NCBI GenBank assembly: GCA_964016885.1
Contig: OZ024740.1
Location: 95,170,001 to 95,234,000, forward strand
Reading direction: 5' to 3'
DNA: 64,000 bases
Origin: Eledone cirrhosa
Lineage: Eukaryota
In this document: piece by piece, positions 39,591 to 57,556 of the stretch
How the letters are laid out: each line of letters opens with the position of its first letter
Position numbering within the stretch: the first letter of the stretch is position 1
The notes under the pieces: generated by a model
What the model was told of the DNA's origin: nothing
Databases searched by the model: none
The model's input: the letters and a program-made list of their open reading frames with translations, nothing else
Translations under genes and position numbers: made by a program

Positions 39591-40650
39591 TAAAAATATA
39601 ACGCTACTTTTTGCCTTTTCATTTTCTTCTCTGTCCAAACCTGCATTGTCGTGGTTTTCCAACTTCTCTTCAAACTCTCCCACATTATTGCTACTCTCTC
39701 TCTCTCTCCCGCTGAGGCTGCGAGAGGGCCGTAGTATGGGCTATCATTTGTATATAAATGTGACGGCTGAAGAGAGCTAGAGAGATGGAGGCAGTGAGTG
39801 AAAGAGAGTGAACATCAACTCACACATGCACATATTATTCAGTATTTGGACATAAATAAACTCACACAAATTATTTAAATAAATGTTTTTCATATAAAAA
39901 CATTTAAAAAAACAGATAAGCATTCAGTCTAGTCTTTGATACAGATAATAAAATACATATACACACCCTATAAGAAATCTATTTTTTGCTACGTCTTTTG
40001 ATTTTCATTGTGACCGCTAAAATTAAAGTGAACAAATATTAATTAAAATATGAAGCAGTAGCATACGGCATTGAGTTTAATAGACGTAAAACGGTGGAAC
40101 ACATTGAAACTTAATCTGTGACAATAACCACCATATCTCTCAGGATATATATATATGTGGGGGGGGGGGGGGTCTGTGTGCGTACGTTTGTGTATGTATG
40201 TGCATTGTCAGGCATATTTTGTGTTTTAAACCTATTTCTTCGGCAAGTGAATCTTTATTTTAATATGGATCTGATCAATTAGCGGCGAAATAATACTATA
40301 CAACAATAACAAAAGCATGTATATTGAGAAGCAGATGTGGTTACCTATTATATACGACAGTGCGAGAGAGAAGCGCCTAAAATAATTAAAATATAGTTTC
40401 TATGAATCACGGCTTGCACTCAACTTACAGAAATATATATACAAACATGATAGAAAATTATTCTGAAAGAAGACATCCATAAGCAACGTATCCAGCATAG
40501 CAAAGCGTATTTTATTTAAATACGAATGACATTAGACAATATATTCTTCACTATGTATTGCCTAACAAAGAGCTAAATAGCTAAAATACAAATATCGGTA
40601 AAGAAAATATATCCCACGCTGTCGTTTATTATTCAGATTTTAATTAATAA

Positions 40651-41243
40651 CTAGCAGTAAAGCCCGGCGCTGCTCGGGGCTGCTCAGTTAAAGTTGCAAT
40701 GTTAAGTTCCTTTCTTGGCTTAAAAACTGTAGAGTCTACAGTGTAGACTTTCATGTGGTACTTTTGATTAATATTCCCTCAACCAACTTCTTATGAAGTT
40801 AAGAAAACATAACCATAACCAGAATGTTAAAACAAAATAGGATGCTGGGGATAAAAACTGCACTGGCAATCTATTAACAAAAATCGAAAATGTAAACACT
40901 GCAACACTTGTCCTCGCTAGCTATGTTCCATCCACTGAATTAATATTTTTATATGGGTTCCAAGTGTCCGCGCATCGCCTTGGAACTTAGCTGAGAATAG
41001 ACTCCCTGATGACGTAAGGCTTCTCTGTGGTTATCTTACGTAACCATATTTATCCCCTTACAGAAACTAATTAGTTGGAGTGAAAATGTTAGTAAGTAAG
41101 TTGATTTTTAATTTTTAAAATGTTCTTATTTTACGTCTTTCATATGATTGGTCTGCATCGCCCTGTATAGAACCACAAAGGTATTAAGACATAACATATA
41201 TATTTGCTGGCAAGGTATACATCTGTATACATATGTTAGTAGA
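40651..41243 (-). mobile_element. Non-autonomous Helitron-like element
   Basis: Minus strand starts A|TCTACTAAC and ends with hairpin cccgag..ccggg plus CTAG|T. Confidence 0.6.
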
Positions 41244-41249
41244 TATACT

Positions 41250-45077
<3,828 letters not shown>

Positions 45078-45521
45078 TTATATATATATATTTTTCATTA
45101 TTATATATATATATATATATTTTTTTTTTAAATGAAAACTAACCGAGGTGTTCAACACGAGTGAAAGTATAAAGAAAAAAAGATGAAATGGAAAATGCAA
45201 CAGGAGTCTTATTTTTCAAAAAAATGTATTGCCATTTTACTGATTGTAGCTTGGAGCCTTTAAAACGCCGGTGCACACATTTAATTGGGAACAGTACAGT
45301 TTCTATCTAAATGATTAATTACAGTTTAGTCATTGCTCCATCTTTTGAAGAGAAAAGTTAAGTCCACGAAACCGACACAAATGCGTTACTGGTACTTTAG
45401 GTTATCGGCACCGTAATTATTAAAGGCATCGGAGTAAAATAACTTTGTACGTGAATGATCATAGCAATATGCAGTATAAATATAGTTATATACTTAAGTA
45501 TATATATATATATATATATAT

Positions 45522-46395
45522 AGGAACAAGTAAGACCCTGACGGCTGAGCTCAAGCCGTTTCGACGGCTAATTCTGTACTGAATGAAAAATTAATTCTGT
45601 TATTTAAATAGCCGAACTGATCAAGGGGTAATTCCATATATCGTCAAAGAGATAATCACCAGGATTGGACACATCACAAGTTAGTAGTAAATCTGTGATC
45701 GCAAGTTGGTGGGGGAAGGGGTAGCTAAACCTGCCAGTAGGAGAAAATGGGAGAGGGGGTGGATTAGACCCATTCATGCGTTGGTATTGCCAGCTACAGC
45801 TGGGTGTGAGGTCAAAGAAGATACTGGAAGGTCGAAACGGTAAGTAGAACAATGAAAGGTAAAACTGTAAAAGGTACTGAGAGAGAAAAAAAAAAAGCAA
45901 AATCTGGTTACTAAGACTTAAGTCTTAGTAACCAGATTTTGCTTTTTTTTTTTCTCTCTCAGTACCTTTTACAGTGTTCTACTTACCGTTTCGACCTCCT
46001 CCATTCCCCTCCCCAGTATCTTATTTGACCTCACACCCAGCTGTAGCTGGCACTACCAACGCATGAATGGGTCTACTCCAACCCTTCTCCCTTTTTCTCC
46101 TACTGGCAAGTTTAGCTACCCCTTCCCCCACCAACTTGCCATCACAGATTTACTACTAACTTGTGATGTGTCCAAGCCTGGTGATTATCTCTTTGACATA
46201 TATGGAATTACCCCTTGATAAGTTCGGCTATTTAAATACCAGAATTAATTTTTCATTCCGTACAGAATTAGCCGTCGAAACGGCTTGAGCTCAGCCGTCG
46301 GGGTCTTACTTGTTCCTATTACCCACTCTACTACCCTAAGTATTGAGTACTTTGGTGCGTTATGGTCTACCTGGTTCCTTACCATATTTCCTTCG

Positions 46396-46397
<2 letters not shown>
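45522..46397. mobile_element. Spacer-less fold-back pLTR palindrome (centre 45920/45921)
   Basis: gttactaagactta|agtcttagtaacc at the junction. Arms ~400 bp. Related to the 46435-50670 pLTR. Confidence 0.9.
46210..46304 (+). ncRNA. Type I HHR with U3:A8 core and stable stem III (copies at 45535-45629 -, 46527-46620 -, 50564-50658 +)
   Basis: acccc-TTGATAA (TTGAGAA in two copies)-gwtcggcta...tagccgtc-GAAA-cggct tgagctc agccg-TC-ggggt. GUC triplet at 46297-46299. Confidence 0.88.
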
Positions 46398-46434
<37 letters not shown>

Positions 46435-46435
<1 letters not shown>

Positions 46436-49400
46436 CGAAGGAAATGTGGTAAGGAACCAGGTGGACCATAACGCACCCAAGTACTCAATACTTGAGGTAG
46501 TAGAGTGGGTAATAGGAACCAGTAAGACCCCGACAGCTGAGCTCAAGCCGTTTCGACGGCTAATTCTGGACTAAATGAAAATTTATCCTGGTATTTAAAT
46601 AGCCGATCTTCTCAAGGGGTAATTCCATATATGGTCAAAGTGATTGTTAAAAATCAGTCGTAATTCTGTGGTTGCAAATTAGTCGGGGAGATGGTGGCTA
46701 AACCTACCAGTAGGAGAAAGAGGGGAGGGGGTGGAGTAGACCCAATCAAGCGTTGGTAGTGCCAGCTACAGCTGGGCATGAGGTCAAAGAAGATACTGGG
46801 GAGGGGGAGGGGGAGGAAGTCGGAACGGTAGGAAGAACAATGGGGGGTAGAAATATATAGGAAAGAAAAAATTCTGAGAGTGAAGAAAAGCAAATAAGTG
46901 TAAAGAAAAAAGTAAAGTAAATTAAATTCTACGACCTAGGTCTCAGGCTATTGTTAGGCTAGAATAAAATAAAGGAAGAAAGAAAGAAGTAAAGAAATAA
47001 ATAAATAAAGAAATAACGAAATAAGTAAAAGAACTAGGTGGGACGGATAAGGCAAGGACCATTTTAAGAGGTATAAGTACGTAAATGATACGGTGACGGG
47101 TCAACAAAAGGGGCCAAAATACTAAAGAGACTACCACGAAATAAACAATAAAGGTTTCCCTCCCAGGCCAGCAACGACCCAGTGCAGCAAAGTGAACTTG
47201 TACGAGATAATAATTCTGAGTCCCGAAAAATATATACTAATGCTAACTCTAAAAGATCTAAAACAAGCTACATGAAAGTTCGTACGAAATAAAGGTAGAA
47301 TACGGAGAAATAAATTCAGAATCCACCCCGCCCAGAAGAAAAGCGAAGCAAGAAATACTGAAACGAAAAAATAAGGCATAAGTGCCACTAAGAAATATAG
47401 AGGGCACAGAGAATAGTGGGAGCGGTCGGAAAAAGGGGGCAAGTATCCGGGGTCTAAGCTAACTGCTATAAAGGGCGGAGTCCGCCAAATCTATCATAGA
47501 CTAGGGGAGGGGGGAGGGGGTACTAAGGCTACATGGGGCCAAAGGGCAGCCTCGGGTGGGCGAGAAAAGACGCCGACAAAGGAGAAGAGCTGGGGTAGAA
47601 GGACAAAGGAGAGAGGGGGAAGGAAATAAAGGAAGCGATAAAAGAATACAAAGAAGATCTTACGTCTTCCTTGGCAAGCAGGGGTTACCCATTGCAAAAT
47701 CGGCAAGTGGTGTGTTATAGCCCTAGTCTACCACCCCGGGTCATTATGGGGTTTGAGGGCGAGGTAAGTCCTACGCAATCTATGTTTACATGCAGTAACC
47801 AGTTCATCTTTCTTGTTTAGGAGTTTGTCCGTCGAAAACAGCATTTGTAAAGTTTCCTCCGAGCATAAATTGCACGGTCGGCATCCTCCCGTATAAGAAT
47901 TGGCTCTGGACAGTAATCTCCAAGTGAGATCATAGGTGATGTTGTTGTCCTTGAGGTCCCATATGTGGCCCGAAAGTGTAGTGGCGTGACGCCGGGCCGG
48001 GTTTCGGAGGGTATGTGTATGTTGGTATAGCCGGGTCTTGAAGTCACATGCGGTAAGTCATATATAGGCCTTGTTGGAGGACAACGAGAAACTAAATTCA
48101 TACAGTTCGACATAGAGAGCTACTATGCTTCAATCAGCTTACCGCTACTTATTGCCGCCTTGGACTCCGCCGAAGCACTTGTGCCCATCACCGACCAGGA
48201 AAGAAAAATCATCCTCCACGCCAGGAAGACAGTCTTACTCGTTGACGACTCTAAATGAATAAAAATAGCTCCCGACTCACCCTTCGACGTCAGCATGGGC
48301 GCCACGGATTCGGCGGAGGTCACAGATCTTATAGGATTATTCCTAATAGCCAAACTCACTGATATGTTTCCTGCATTCGGTGGTGGATTGTACCGTGATG
48401 ATGGGCTCCTTACCCTTAAAGGGTACAACCCCAGTAGTACAGATCGGGTCCGGAAACAATTAATCAGATTCTTCCGCGACTGGGGATTTAAAATAACCCT
48501 ACACACGTCCCTGACCCGAGTAAACTTCCTGGACGTGACCCTCGACCTCGAAAACGACCTGTACTTCCCATACAAGAAACCTAATGACAATCTGCACTAC
48601 ATCCACCGCCGATCAAACCATCCTAGGAACATCACAAACAACCTGGTCAAAAACATCTCCCTCCGCATATCCCGTTTGTCAGCTAATGAGCGGATATTCG
48701 ATGAACATGCGCCTTATTACAACCAGGCCCTCAAGCGGAGTGGTTTCCGGGAGGAAATATCCTACTGTCCAGCTCCCTTTAGCGGAACCAGCAGGAGACA
48801 CCGCCGCTCACGCAATGTAACATGGTTCAATCCTCCCCACAACGCAGAGGTGACTACTCCCATTGGGAAACTATTCTTTAGGCTCATTGAAAAACACTTC
48901 CCATTACAACACCGCTACCACAACATAATTAACAAAAATACCATCAAACTCTCTTACAGCACTACACCAAACTTCGCACAAAACATCGTCTCCTCTAACA
49001 ACAAAAAACTCAACCCCGATGGCCGAAATAACCTAAATAGCAGTGGAGAACCGACCAGGAGGTGTAACTGCCCGGATAGATCTATTTGCCCACTCGACAA
49101 TAGATGCAGAGACCGTAATGTGATCTACCAGTGCAACGTGAGGACGGATACCTCCAACAAAGCCTATATAGGACTTACCGCATGTGACTTCAAGACCCGG
49201 CTATACCAACATAGACATACCTTCCGAAACCCGGCCCGGCGTCACGCCACTACACTTTCGGGCCACATATGGGACCTCAAGGACAACAACATCACCTATG
49301 ATCTCACTTGGAGATTACTGTCCAGAGCCAATTCTTACACGGGAGGACGCCGTCCGTGCAATTTATGCTCGGAGGTTACTGCATGTAAACATAGATTGCG

Positions 49401-50668
49401 TAGGACTTACCTCGCCCTCAAACCCCATAATGACCCGGGGGGGGGGGGGGGTAGACTAGGGCTATAACACCCCACTTGCCGATTTTGCAATGGGTAACCC
49501 CTGCTTGCCAAGGAAGACGTAAGATCTTCTTTGTATTCTTTTATCGCTTCCTTTATTTCCTTCCCCACTCTCTACTTTGTCCTTCTACCCCAGCTCTTCT
49601 CCTGTGTCGGCGTCTTTTCTCGCCCACCCGAGGCTGCCCTTTGGCCCCATGTAGCCTTAGTACCCCCACCACCCCCTCCCCTAGTCTATGATAGATTTGG
49701 CGGACTCCGCCCTTTATAGCAGTTGGCTTAGACCCCGGATACTTGCCCCCTTTTTCCGACCGCTCCCACTATTCTCTGTGCCCTCTATATTTCTTAGTGG
49801 CACTTATGCCTTATGTTGTCGTTTCAGTATTTCTTGCTTCGCTTTTCTTCTGGGCGGGGTGGATTCTGAATTTATTTCTCCGTATTCTACCTTTATTTCG
49901 TACGAACTTTCATGTAGCTTGTTTTAGATCTGTTAGAGTTAGCATTAGTATATATTTTTCGGGACTCAGAATTATTATCTCGTACAAGTTCACTTTGCTG
50001 CACTGGGTCGTTGCTGGCCTGGGAGGGAAACCTTTATTGTTTATTTCGTGGTAGTCTCTTTAGTATTTTGGCCCCTTTTGTTGACCCGTCACCGTATCAT
50101 TTACGTACTTATACCTCTTAAAATGGTCCTTGCCTTATCCGTCCCACCTAGTTCTTTTACTTATTTCGTTATTTCTTTATTTATTTATTTCTTTACTTCT
50201 TTCTTTCTTCCTTTATTTTATTCTAGCCTAACAATAGCCTGAGACCTAGGTCGTAGAATTTTATTTACTTTACTTTTTTCTTTACACTTATTTGCTTTTC
50301 TTCACTCTCAGTATTTTTTCTTTCCTATATATTTCTACCCCCCATTGTTCTACCTACCGTTCCGACTTCATCCCCCTCCCCCTCCCCTGTATCTTCTTTG
50401 ACCTCATGCCCAGCTGTACCTGGCACTACCAACGCTTGATTGGGTCTATTCCACCCCTCCCCTCTTTCTCCTACTGGCAGGTTTAGCCACCATCTCCCCG
50501 ACTAATTTGCAACCACAGAATTACTACTGATTTTTGACAATCACTTTGACCATATATGGAATTACCCCTTTGAGAAGATCGGCTATTTAAATACCAGGAT
50601 ACATTTTCATTTAGTCCAGAATTAGCCGTCGAAACGGCTTGAGCTCAGCTGTCGGGGTCTTACTGGTT

Positions 50669-50670
<2 letters not shown>
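46435..50670 (+). mobile_element. Fold-back Nematis-like PLE: inverted arm 46435-48077, sense arm 48078-50670
   Basis: 46512-48077 is the reverse complement of 49152-50670. Both ends lie in (TA)n. Confidence 0.95.
48078..49467 (+). pseudogene. 5'-truncated PLE RT-GIY-YIG
   Basis: FIQFDIESYYASI, TGA at a conserved Trp (48257), MGATDSAEVTD, LYRDDG, FLDVTL, SNHP, WFNPP, CNC-x5-CPL, VIYQC..AYIGLT..FKTRLYQH. Confidence 0.93.
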
Positions 50671-50723
<53 letters not shown>

Positions 50724-50764
50724 GTGTGTATGTGTGTGTCTGTGTGTGTGTGTGTTGTGTGTGT

Positions 50765-50798
<34 letters not shown>

Positions 50799-51739
50799 CG
50801 TGTGTGTGTGTGTGTGTAAAGATAGAGGGAGACATCTGTACATGTGGGAATGTTATTTGTCTACTTAAGCAAATATATAATTCTTCGCTTGAATAAATGA
50901 AGTAGATCCGTGCTTTTTTACGTTATATATTTCCGGATTTAAGTGGTTCTTCTATAGAACATTTAAAAATTAATACTGCACGAAATTCTTACGATTTTCT
51001 GACGCAGTTTTAATTATAATACTTAAGAAAAAGTAAGCATGTTTATGTATTCGAATACTTGATTTTATGAATTCATCATTTCTTTATTCTTTATATTTCT
51101 AATATTTTTGTTTGTTTTTGTTTTTTTGTTCCATAGGGATATATTTTCAATAGCACAATTTCATTTCCATATATGTTTTATATTATAATTAAATTTACAT
51201 TTCGTTTGGTTGTTTAATTTCATTTTGTTTTGGTATGTCCATTTCATACGAAGCATTGCAATTCATTCCATATAGTATTTATTCTACTCATTGTTTGCAT
51301 ATTGACGCATTGTATAGACTAGAACATATTTATTTATTTACTCATCTGCTTATTTACTTTCATAATGTTGTGTCATAAATCGTCATTAATGTTAGTTCCT
51401 GATATATGTTTTAATCTAAATTGAATTTTTATATTTCTATACGTTTAACTTAATTATAGTGAAACATTAATTATACAATATAGATTAATATATTGTATAA
51501 ACATGGGCATTTAATTTAGTAATATATATGCTTTATGATAAAAAATATCTATATAAAACTTGTATGGTAATAAATTCGGCTATAAAGTTATAGTCTAGGA
51601 ATTACTGAACATAGGACGTATAGGGTTAATATGTTTGTTATGTATGTATTAGAATATCTCAGCTCGTTAGAATATCCCAGGAAAAGAATACCTGGACAAA
51701 CTTTAAAGGCAAATCAAAAAACTAAATTTTTAAAAATAA

Positions 51740-52211
51740 TTGTTTATACTTTTGACACAAGGCCAGTGTATTAGTGGTTCTTTATTTTATCGACCCCGTA
51801 AGGATGAAAGACAAAGTTAACCTCGGCGGGATTTGAATTCAGAATGGAAAGGGCCGTAACACTTTACGTCAAAGCATGGCGTCCGACCCTCTACCGATAC
51901 TGCCAATCCACTGCCTTAAAAAAAAAAAAATTGTTTCTGCTTTAGGCACAAGGCCAACAAATACCCAGTGCATCACTGGTACTTTATTTTATCGATCCCG
52001 TAAGGATGAAAGGCAAAGTAAACCTCGGCGTGATTTGAACTCAGATCGTAAAGGGACGTACCTATGCTGGAAAGCATGGCGTCCGACCCTCTACTGATAC
52101 TGCCAATCCACTCATTGTTTCTCCGTTAGGCACAAGGTCAGCAATTACCAGTGTATTACTGGTACTTTATGTTATCGACCCCGTAAGGATGAAAGGCAAA
52201 GTTAACCTCGG
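51740..52211 (-). mobile_element. Three tandem tRNA-derived SINE copies
   Basis: 51740-51915, 51931-52111 and 52116-52211 (partial). Confidence 0.88.
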
Positions 52212-55200
52212 AAAAAAATAATAATAATTAATCACATCATTACTTATTAGATATTTGGATAACACAGATGAATTATTCTAGTTTCGTTTGCGGAACAATC
52301 CGGATGTTTTGTAGACAGCCGTTTGTGACAAAACCTGCTGGAAGGTGTGAATGAAGACATTACCCCTACAACCCTCTCAGGAAAATGAGGGCGAAGACGA
52401 AGAATGAAAACAAAAGTAAATAGTTTATTGGTATTGTATTTTATTATTCTAACTCTATTGTGATAGTATATTATATTATGCTATCAAATAGAGTTTCGTA
52501 CATTTTAATAACATGGTGAACTAATGATTCTGTCATACTTCGTAATAAAGCAACTTCCATGTGTTGCCTGAAAAATCTAATTTGAAAACATTAGAAAGTA
52601 TTATGAATGGGAAATCATGTTAGTAAATCATTCCAGTATCAGATATTTATCAGAATTTTCATAATCCGCTGCAAACAAATGCAAAATATATTTTCTACTG
52701 AAGGAATGATAATGAGAATCGGAATACATTTATTATTGACAGTGTAATAACACAATAGCAAGATAGTTAACGACTTTTCCAGAAATGGAGAAGTGCAAAA
52801 TATCCAGCGCCTTACAGCTGAACTTAATGTCATAAGTACTATTCAAGGTAATCTCCTACTAAATTGTGTAAATCATACATTAGGATCATAGTAATCTGTG
52901 TAAAAACTGGATTAGTATTAGTATTAATTATTCAGTGAGCTTACAATATCTAGATTGCAATTGTGTCATCACTTAGCTGGAGTTCGTTATATTTGACTTA
53001 AATATTTATCGCTCCACATACAATATTAGATATTGGAAATATGTTACTCATTAGATTGATTTAATGAATCATCTCAATTGCTATAAATGCCGTTAATAAA
53101 TTTATAATACTCCAACAATTAAATTCTATGTTATATATATTTGTAATACATTTAAAATCTGAAGTATTATATTTTAAAAGTATTCAAGTGATTTAAAAAT
53201 TGTATTTAGAGTGAAATATTTAAAGTGAGTGTTACACAAATGGAAATAATTATATTTTAAAAAATCATAGTTTTTACCGTATATCAATTAACGTATATAG
53301 ATACAGATTATGAATTGATCATTAAATAATGTTAGATATTTCTAGGAAATAAGATAATTGCTATTTCACTCAAATTGTATGAAAGTATACATATATAGAT
53401 GAGAGAGCAAGTTAAGAAATGTCGATTAAATATTCATGTTACTCAAGCATATACAATATGATAACATATGTCAAGGATATACGGTATATGACGCCTACAA
53501 CACTATGCCGAAATATTAGTATAACTTGAGTTTCATTGAAACTGGTATTGGAGTCATTCTTTAAATATTCAACATTATCTCCAGAATTCTGAGAAGATGC
53601 CAAAAATTATCTCATGCATATATCATCGAAATGGTCTAGAATATGTATAATTCGAATACTACTACAATGCATGTTAATAATTTTCAAGTTCAGTAGCCTT
53701 TTAGATTGGGTGACATGCGGTAAAAAATTCCGGCACTCTCCGTTGTGTTTTCGTAAATATAATCTTGGCTTTTGATCGCATCTTTCTTGGATTAACATTT
53801 TGGGGGGATCTGAAACCGTGGTAAGGGCACACGTAGTAAGTACAGTAAACTTTTTTGGAATCTATATTTTTTATATATTTTTTAGGATATTTTCTGTGTT
53901 TACACTCCCTGATTATATATATATATTAATTCAAATATAAACAACATAGATATTCTTGTGATCAATTATATTTTATTATACATATTTCAGAGGTACTGAG
54001 TTAAGTTCAACAGTACGTCTTCATCAGATAAAATAAAATGATACATGACATACCCTGACATATTAGATGGTTATGATTTAGTCATGGTAGTGATTAACTT
54101 ATGACAAAACTCAATATTTATACCCTAATATTGAGAAGATGAGATAACATAATACAAACAATAGAGAGGGTGCATGTAATAGAGTTTAAGAAATATATGG
54201 CATCAATATAAATGTCATAACATTTTTTTTATTTTAAAAACTACTGGAGAAAGAGGAGGGAAAGGAAAGCATAGAGGAAGAAATAGCTGATGTGATAATA
54301 TATTTAGTAGGTGGCTTGATAAAACAGATGAAAGATGATTAAAGAGAGAAACAAAGGGGAGTAATTTATGTTCAAGTTTATATACACAGATCCCCATATG
54401 TGTAACACATCTAAAATAATATAGTTGGCGGTTAATTTTCAAAATACTTAATTTAAGTTATTTCAGGGGAATGAATAATATTTTAGGTTTTAAAAGTTAA
54501 TAGATATTTGTATTAATATTATAATATAATTATATTTAATTTCTAAAATTCAAATTTCATGAAAACAAATTTAAGGATTTACGAAACAAGAGAAATAAAA
54601 TAAATATAATGTGTCTCTATCATCACGAAGGTAATCTATACCAAAATTATTGACAACAGTTTCTATAATATAATCTATAAAATATTTATAGTTATAATTA
54701 TTAAATAATTTATTGTTAAAGAGTTTGAATGCCTAAAGTATCAAGCGGCCTTATAACTAAACTTAAAGGGGTCCGATTTTTTAATTATATATATGTATCA
54801 ATCAAAAAATAGAAAGATTATAGTTTTAGTATTTGTTTTTAATTGAGGTGATACCTTTCAAATATATATAATATAATATAATAATGCAATAATGAGGTGA
54901 TACCTTTCAAATATATATAATATAATAATGCAATAATGCAATATAATAAATAAGTTACTGAAAATATTGTTCAAAAATATATATATTTTAAAATGTTGTT
55001 AAAAGTATTGCTAAAGAATTAATGTTTTATATCAATTATTTTCATTTAGTTGATGTACAGTATAAAGATATAAGTCCTAATGATAGGGGCTAGATACAAC
55101 ATAAATATACAAATAAACGAAAATGAATTGTTTGCTACACTTAAAGGTGTCCAATATTAAAAATATATTATATTATAAATGCAATAGGTAGGTTTTTAAT

Positions 55201-56497
55201 ATAGTATAGAAAAGATATATCTAAAATATTTTAAGTCATAAATGATTATTAAATTATATTATATTAAGTAAATTATTATATAAGTTCTACATTCCAGGGA
55301 ATAACAAACACCTATAGCAATATAAAGTAATTTGAGTGTATATAAATGCAATAGGGTTTTAATATAGTATAGGAAAGATATATCTAAAATATTTCAGCGA
55401 ATGTGATATAAAGAGGAGCTAAATATTTGAAAAAGCCGAAGGTAATCTAAATTGAATTAAAATAAAATAAAATAAAATAAAATAAAATAAAATAAAATAA
55501 AATAAATAAGTTAAATTAAATTATATTATATTATGTAAATGATTATATAAGTTCGACCAACCAGGGAATATCAAACACTTATAACAATATAAATCATATG
55601 ACTATCTAAACTATTTATAAATGTAACTAGGATTATGTTATTACACTAGATAAATATATTTGTACAACTATAAAGAGATATTATTATAGGTATAAATGAA
55701 ACGGTATACATTCAATAAAAATAATAATTATAATCCTTATTAGTAATACTATAATTGTAATTTTACCTCCAGTTCAGTGGAGAGATAGACCAATATTTGT
55801 CGGCTTTTATGATTTATTATATTTATACCTAGATATACATAGAAAAACAAATGCAAATGTAACTTTCTGAGTCCCCAAAAACCCACTCAAAATGAGTAAC
55901 AAATATAAAATATGCAAACGCATGAATGATCCAAAGTTCAATTATAATCCGTAAATATAGAAGGTAAATATCCAAACTATACACTTAAATCAGAGACAGA
56001 TAAATAAAGATATGAATCAAAGTTATAAATATCCAAAAAATCATAAGGTATGTATACTTATCAAGTAAACAAATTATCAAACGAGTGTCCCTCATTCTAC
56101 CATTAATTCTATCATAAATGATTAGAAGATAAACATTATTAAAGTTTTATAAAAGGTTATGATTTTTATGCACAACAGTTGATAGGATACGTCAAAAATA
56201 AGGCCTGATTGTTAAGTGTTTTTTCCTGACTTTTTGCGAGGCTTGGAATGTAGACAAAGCTTTATGAACGCAGTTTGATAATAATTCACTTTTTTTGTTA
56301 ATTAAATTTTCATAATTAGTAATTATTAATAGGGTCTCCTTTGTACAGAGGTTGCAGTTAATTGATATGGATGAGTTGGAATATATTTTACTATTACAAA
56401 GCTACGTCCAATAACTCTGGAAAATCTTTTTTGTTGAGTGCTTCAAATCTATTGTAAAACTCATTCTTTGATGTATTCATTGAACCTTATTTAACTT

Positions 56498-56548
<51 letters not shown>

Positions 56549-56639
56549 CATATATATATATATACATACATATATATTTATATATATATATATGCATATA
56601 TATATGTATATATATGTGTGTGTGTATATATATATATAT

Positions 56640-56670
<31 letters not shown>

Positions 56671-57556
56671 GTATGTATATATATATATGTGTGTGTGTAT
56701 GTATGTGTGTATAATATTGTGTGAGTAATAAAACATTAAACTTAAGCAAAAATCTCTTTTGGGGGGGCGGGGATATACGTCAGACCGGCTAAAATAAGTG
56801 GGTTCTACTAATACAGTGTCACAACCTTGTTTTCAGGAACGCAAGAAAGAACACCAATTACTTGAAGACATTAGAATACCCAATATCTTAGTTCCTTCAG
56901 CGGGGGTAGATTTCTTACTTAGGAATAATGGGACTAGTGGAATACTTTTCATATATACCATTTTGTCGCCAGAGGATATGGTGAAGAGTGTGTTGCATCG
57001 CTGAATTAATATATGAATATATATCACTCAATCTATTAAGACAATGTTATAGGTTTATAAGCATCCAGCATCAGCTCAACAATTAATATTAATTTATAAA
57101 GATAAGCAATGTGTATATACATTTTTGTGTGTGTGTGTTTGTGCAAATTGTATAGTTCAAAAGTTTCTCGAATATCTTCCTCAAAATTTAATTTAACATT
57201 TTATCAGAATCCCTTCAAAAACAAATTCTCACTAAAACGTTTTCCAAATTAGTTTTAAATGATTCTGAACATTTTCCTCACTGCATACTTTAGATATTTA
57301 GCCAAAATCTTTTGGAAGGATTTAAAAAATGTTTTCAGAAAATTATTAAAAATATATTAAGAAATCTTTTTAATTTAATGTTCTGAAATTTTCTCTAAAA
57401 CATTAGATTGAATTTACTCAAAAATATTTCCAAATTTCTCACCAGAGTTTCTCTCCAAATATTTTTCCATACATTTTCTACTAAATATTTCTTTAACAAT
57501 GTTCAAAATGTTGATGTTGTTGTAGTTTTTGTTGTTGTTGTTGTTGTTATTTTGTA

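Noticed and set aside
45522-46397. Palindromes as MITEs or DNA transposon TIRs
   Set aside because: The arms match HHR-bearing pLTRs of adjacent PLEs and have unequal ends.
46943-47706. Duplicated hydrophobic ORFs (also 49476-50242) as accessory genes
   Set aside because: They are pyrimidine-rich 3' UTR translated in both palindrome arms, mostly with non-ATG starts and no coding signature.
48257-48259. In-frame TGA in the RT as recoding
   Set aside because: It aligns to a conserved Trp (FWIRK in the related ORF), so it is a simple TGG to TGA mutation in a truncated copy.
54844-55600. AT-rich tandem duplications as a CRISPR-like array
   Set aside because: There is no constant repeat with unique spacers, and the context is eukaryotic; these are ordinary local duplications.
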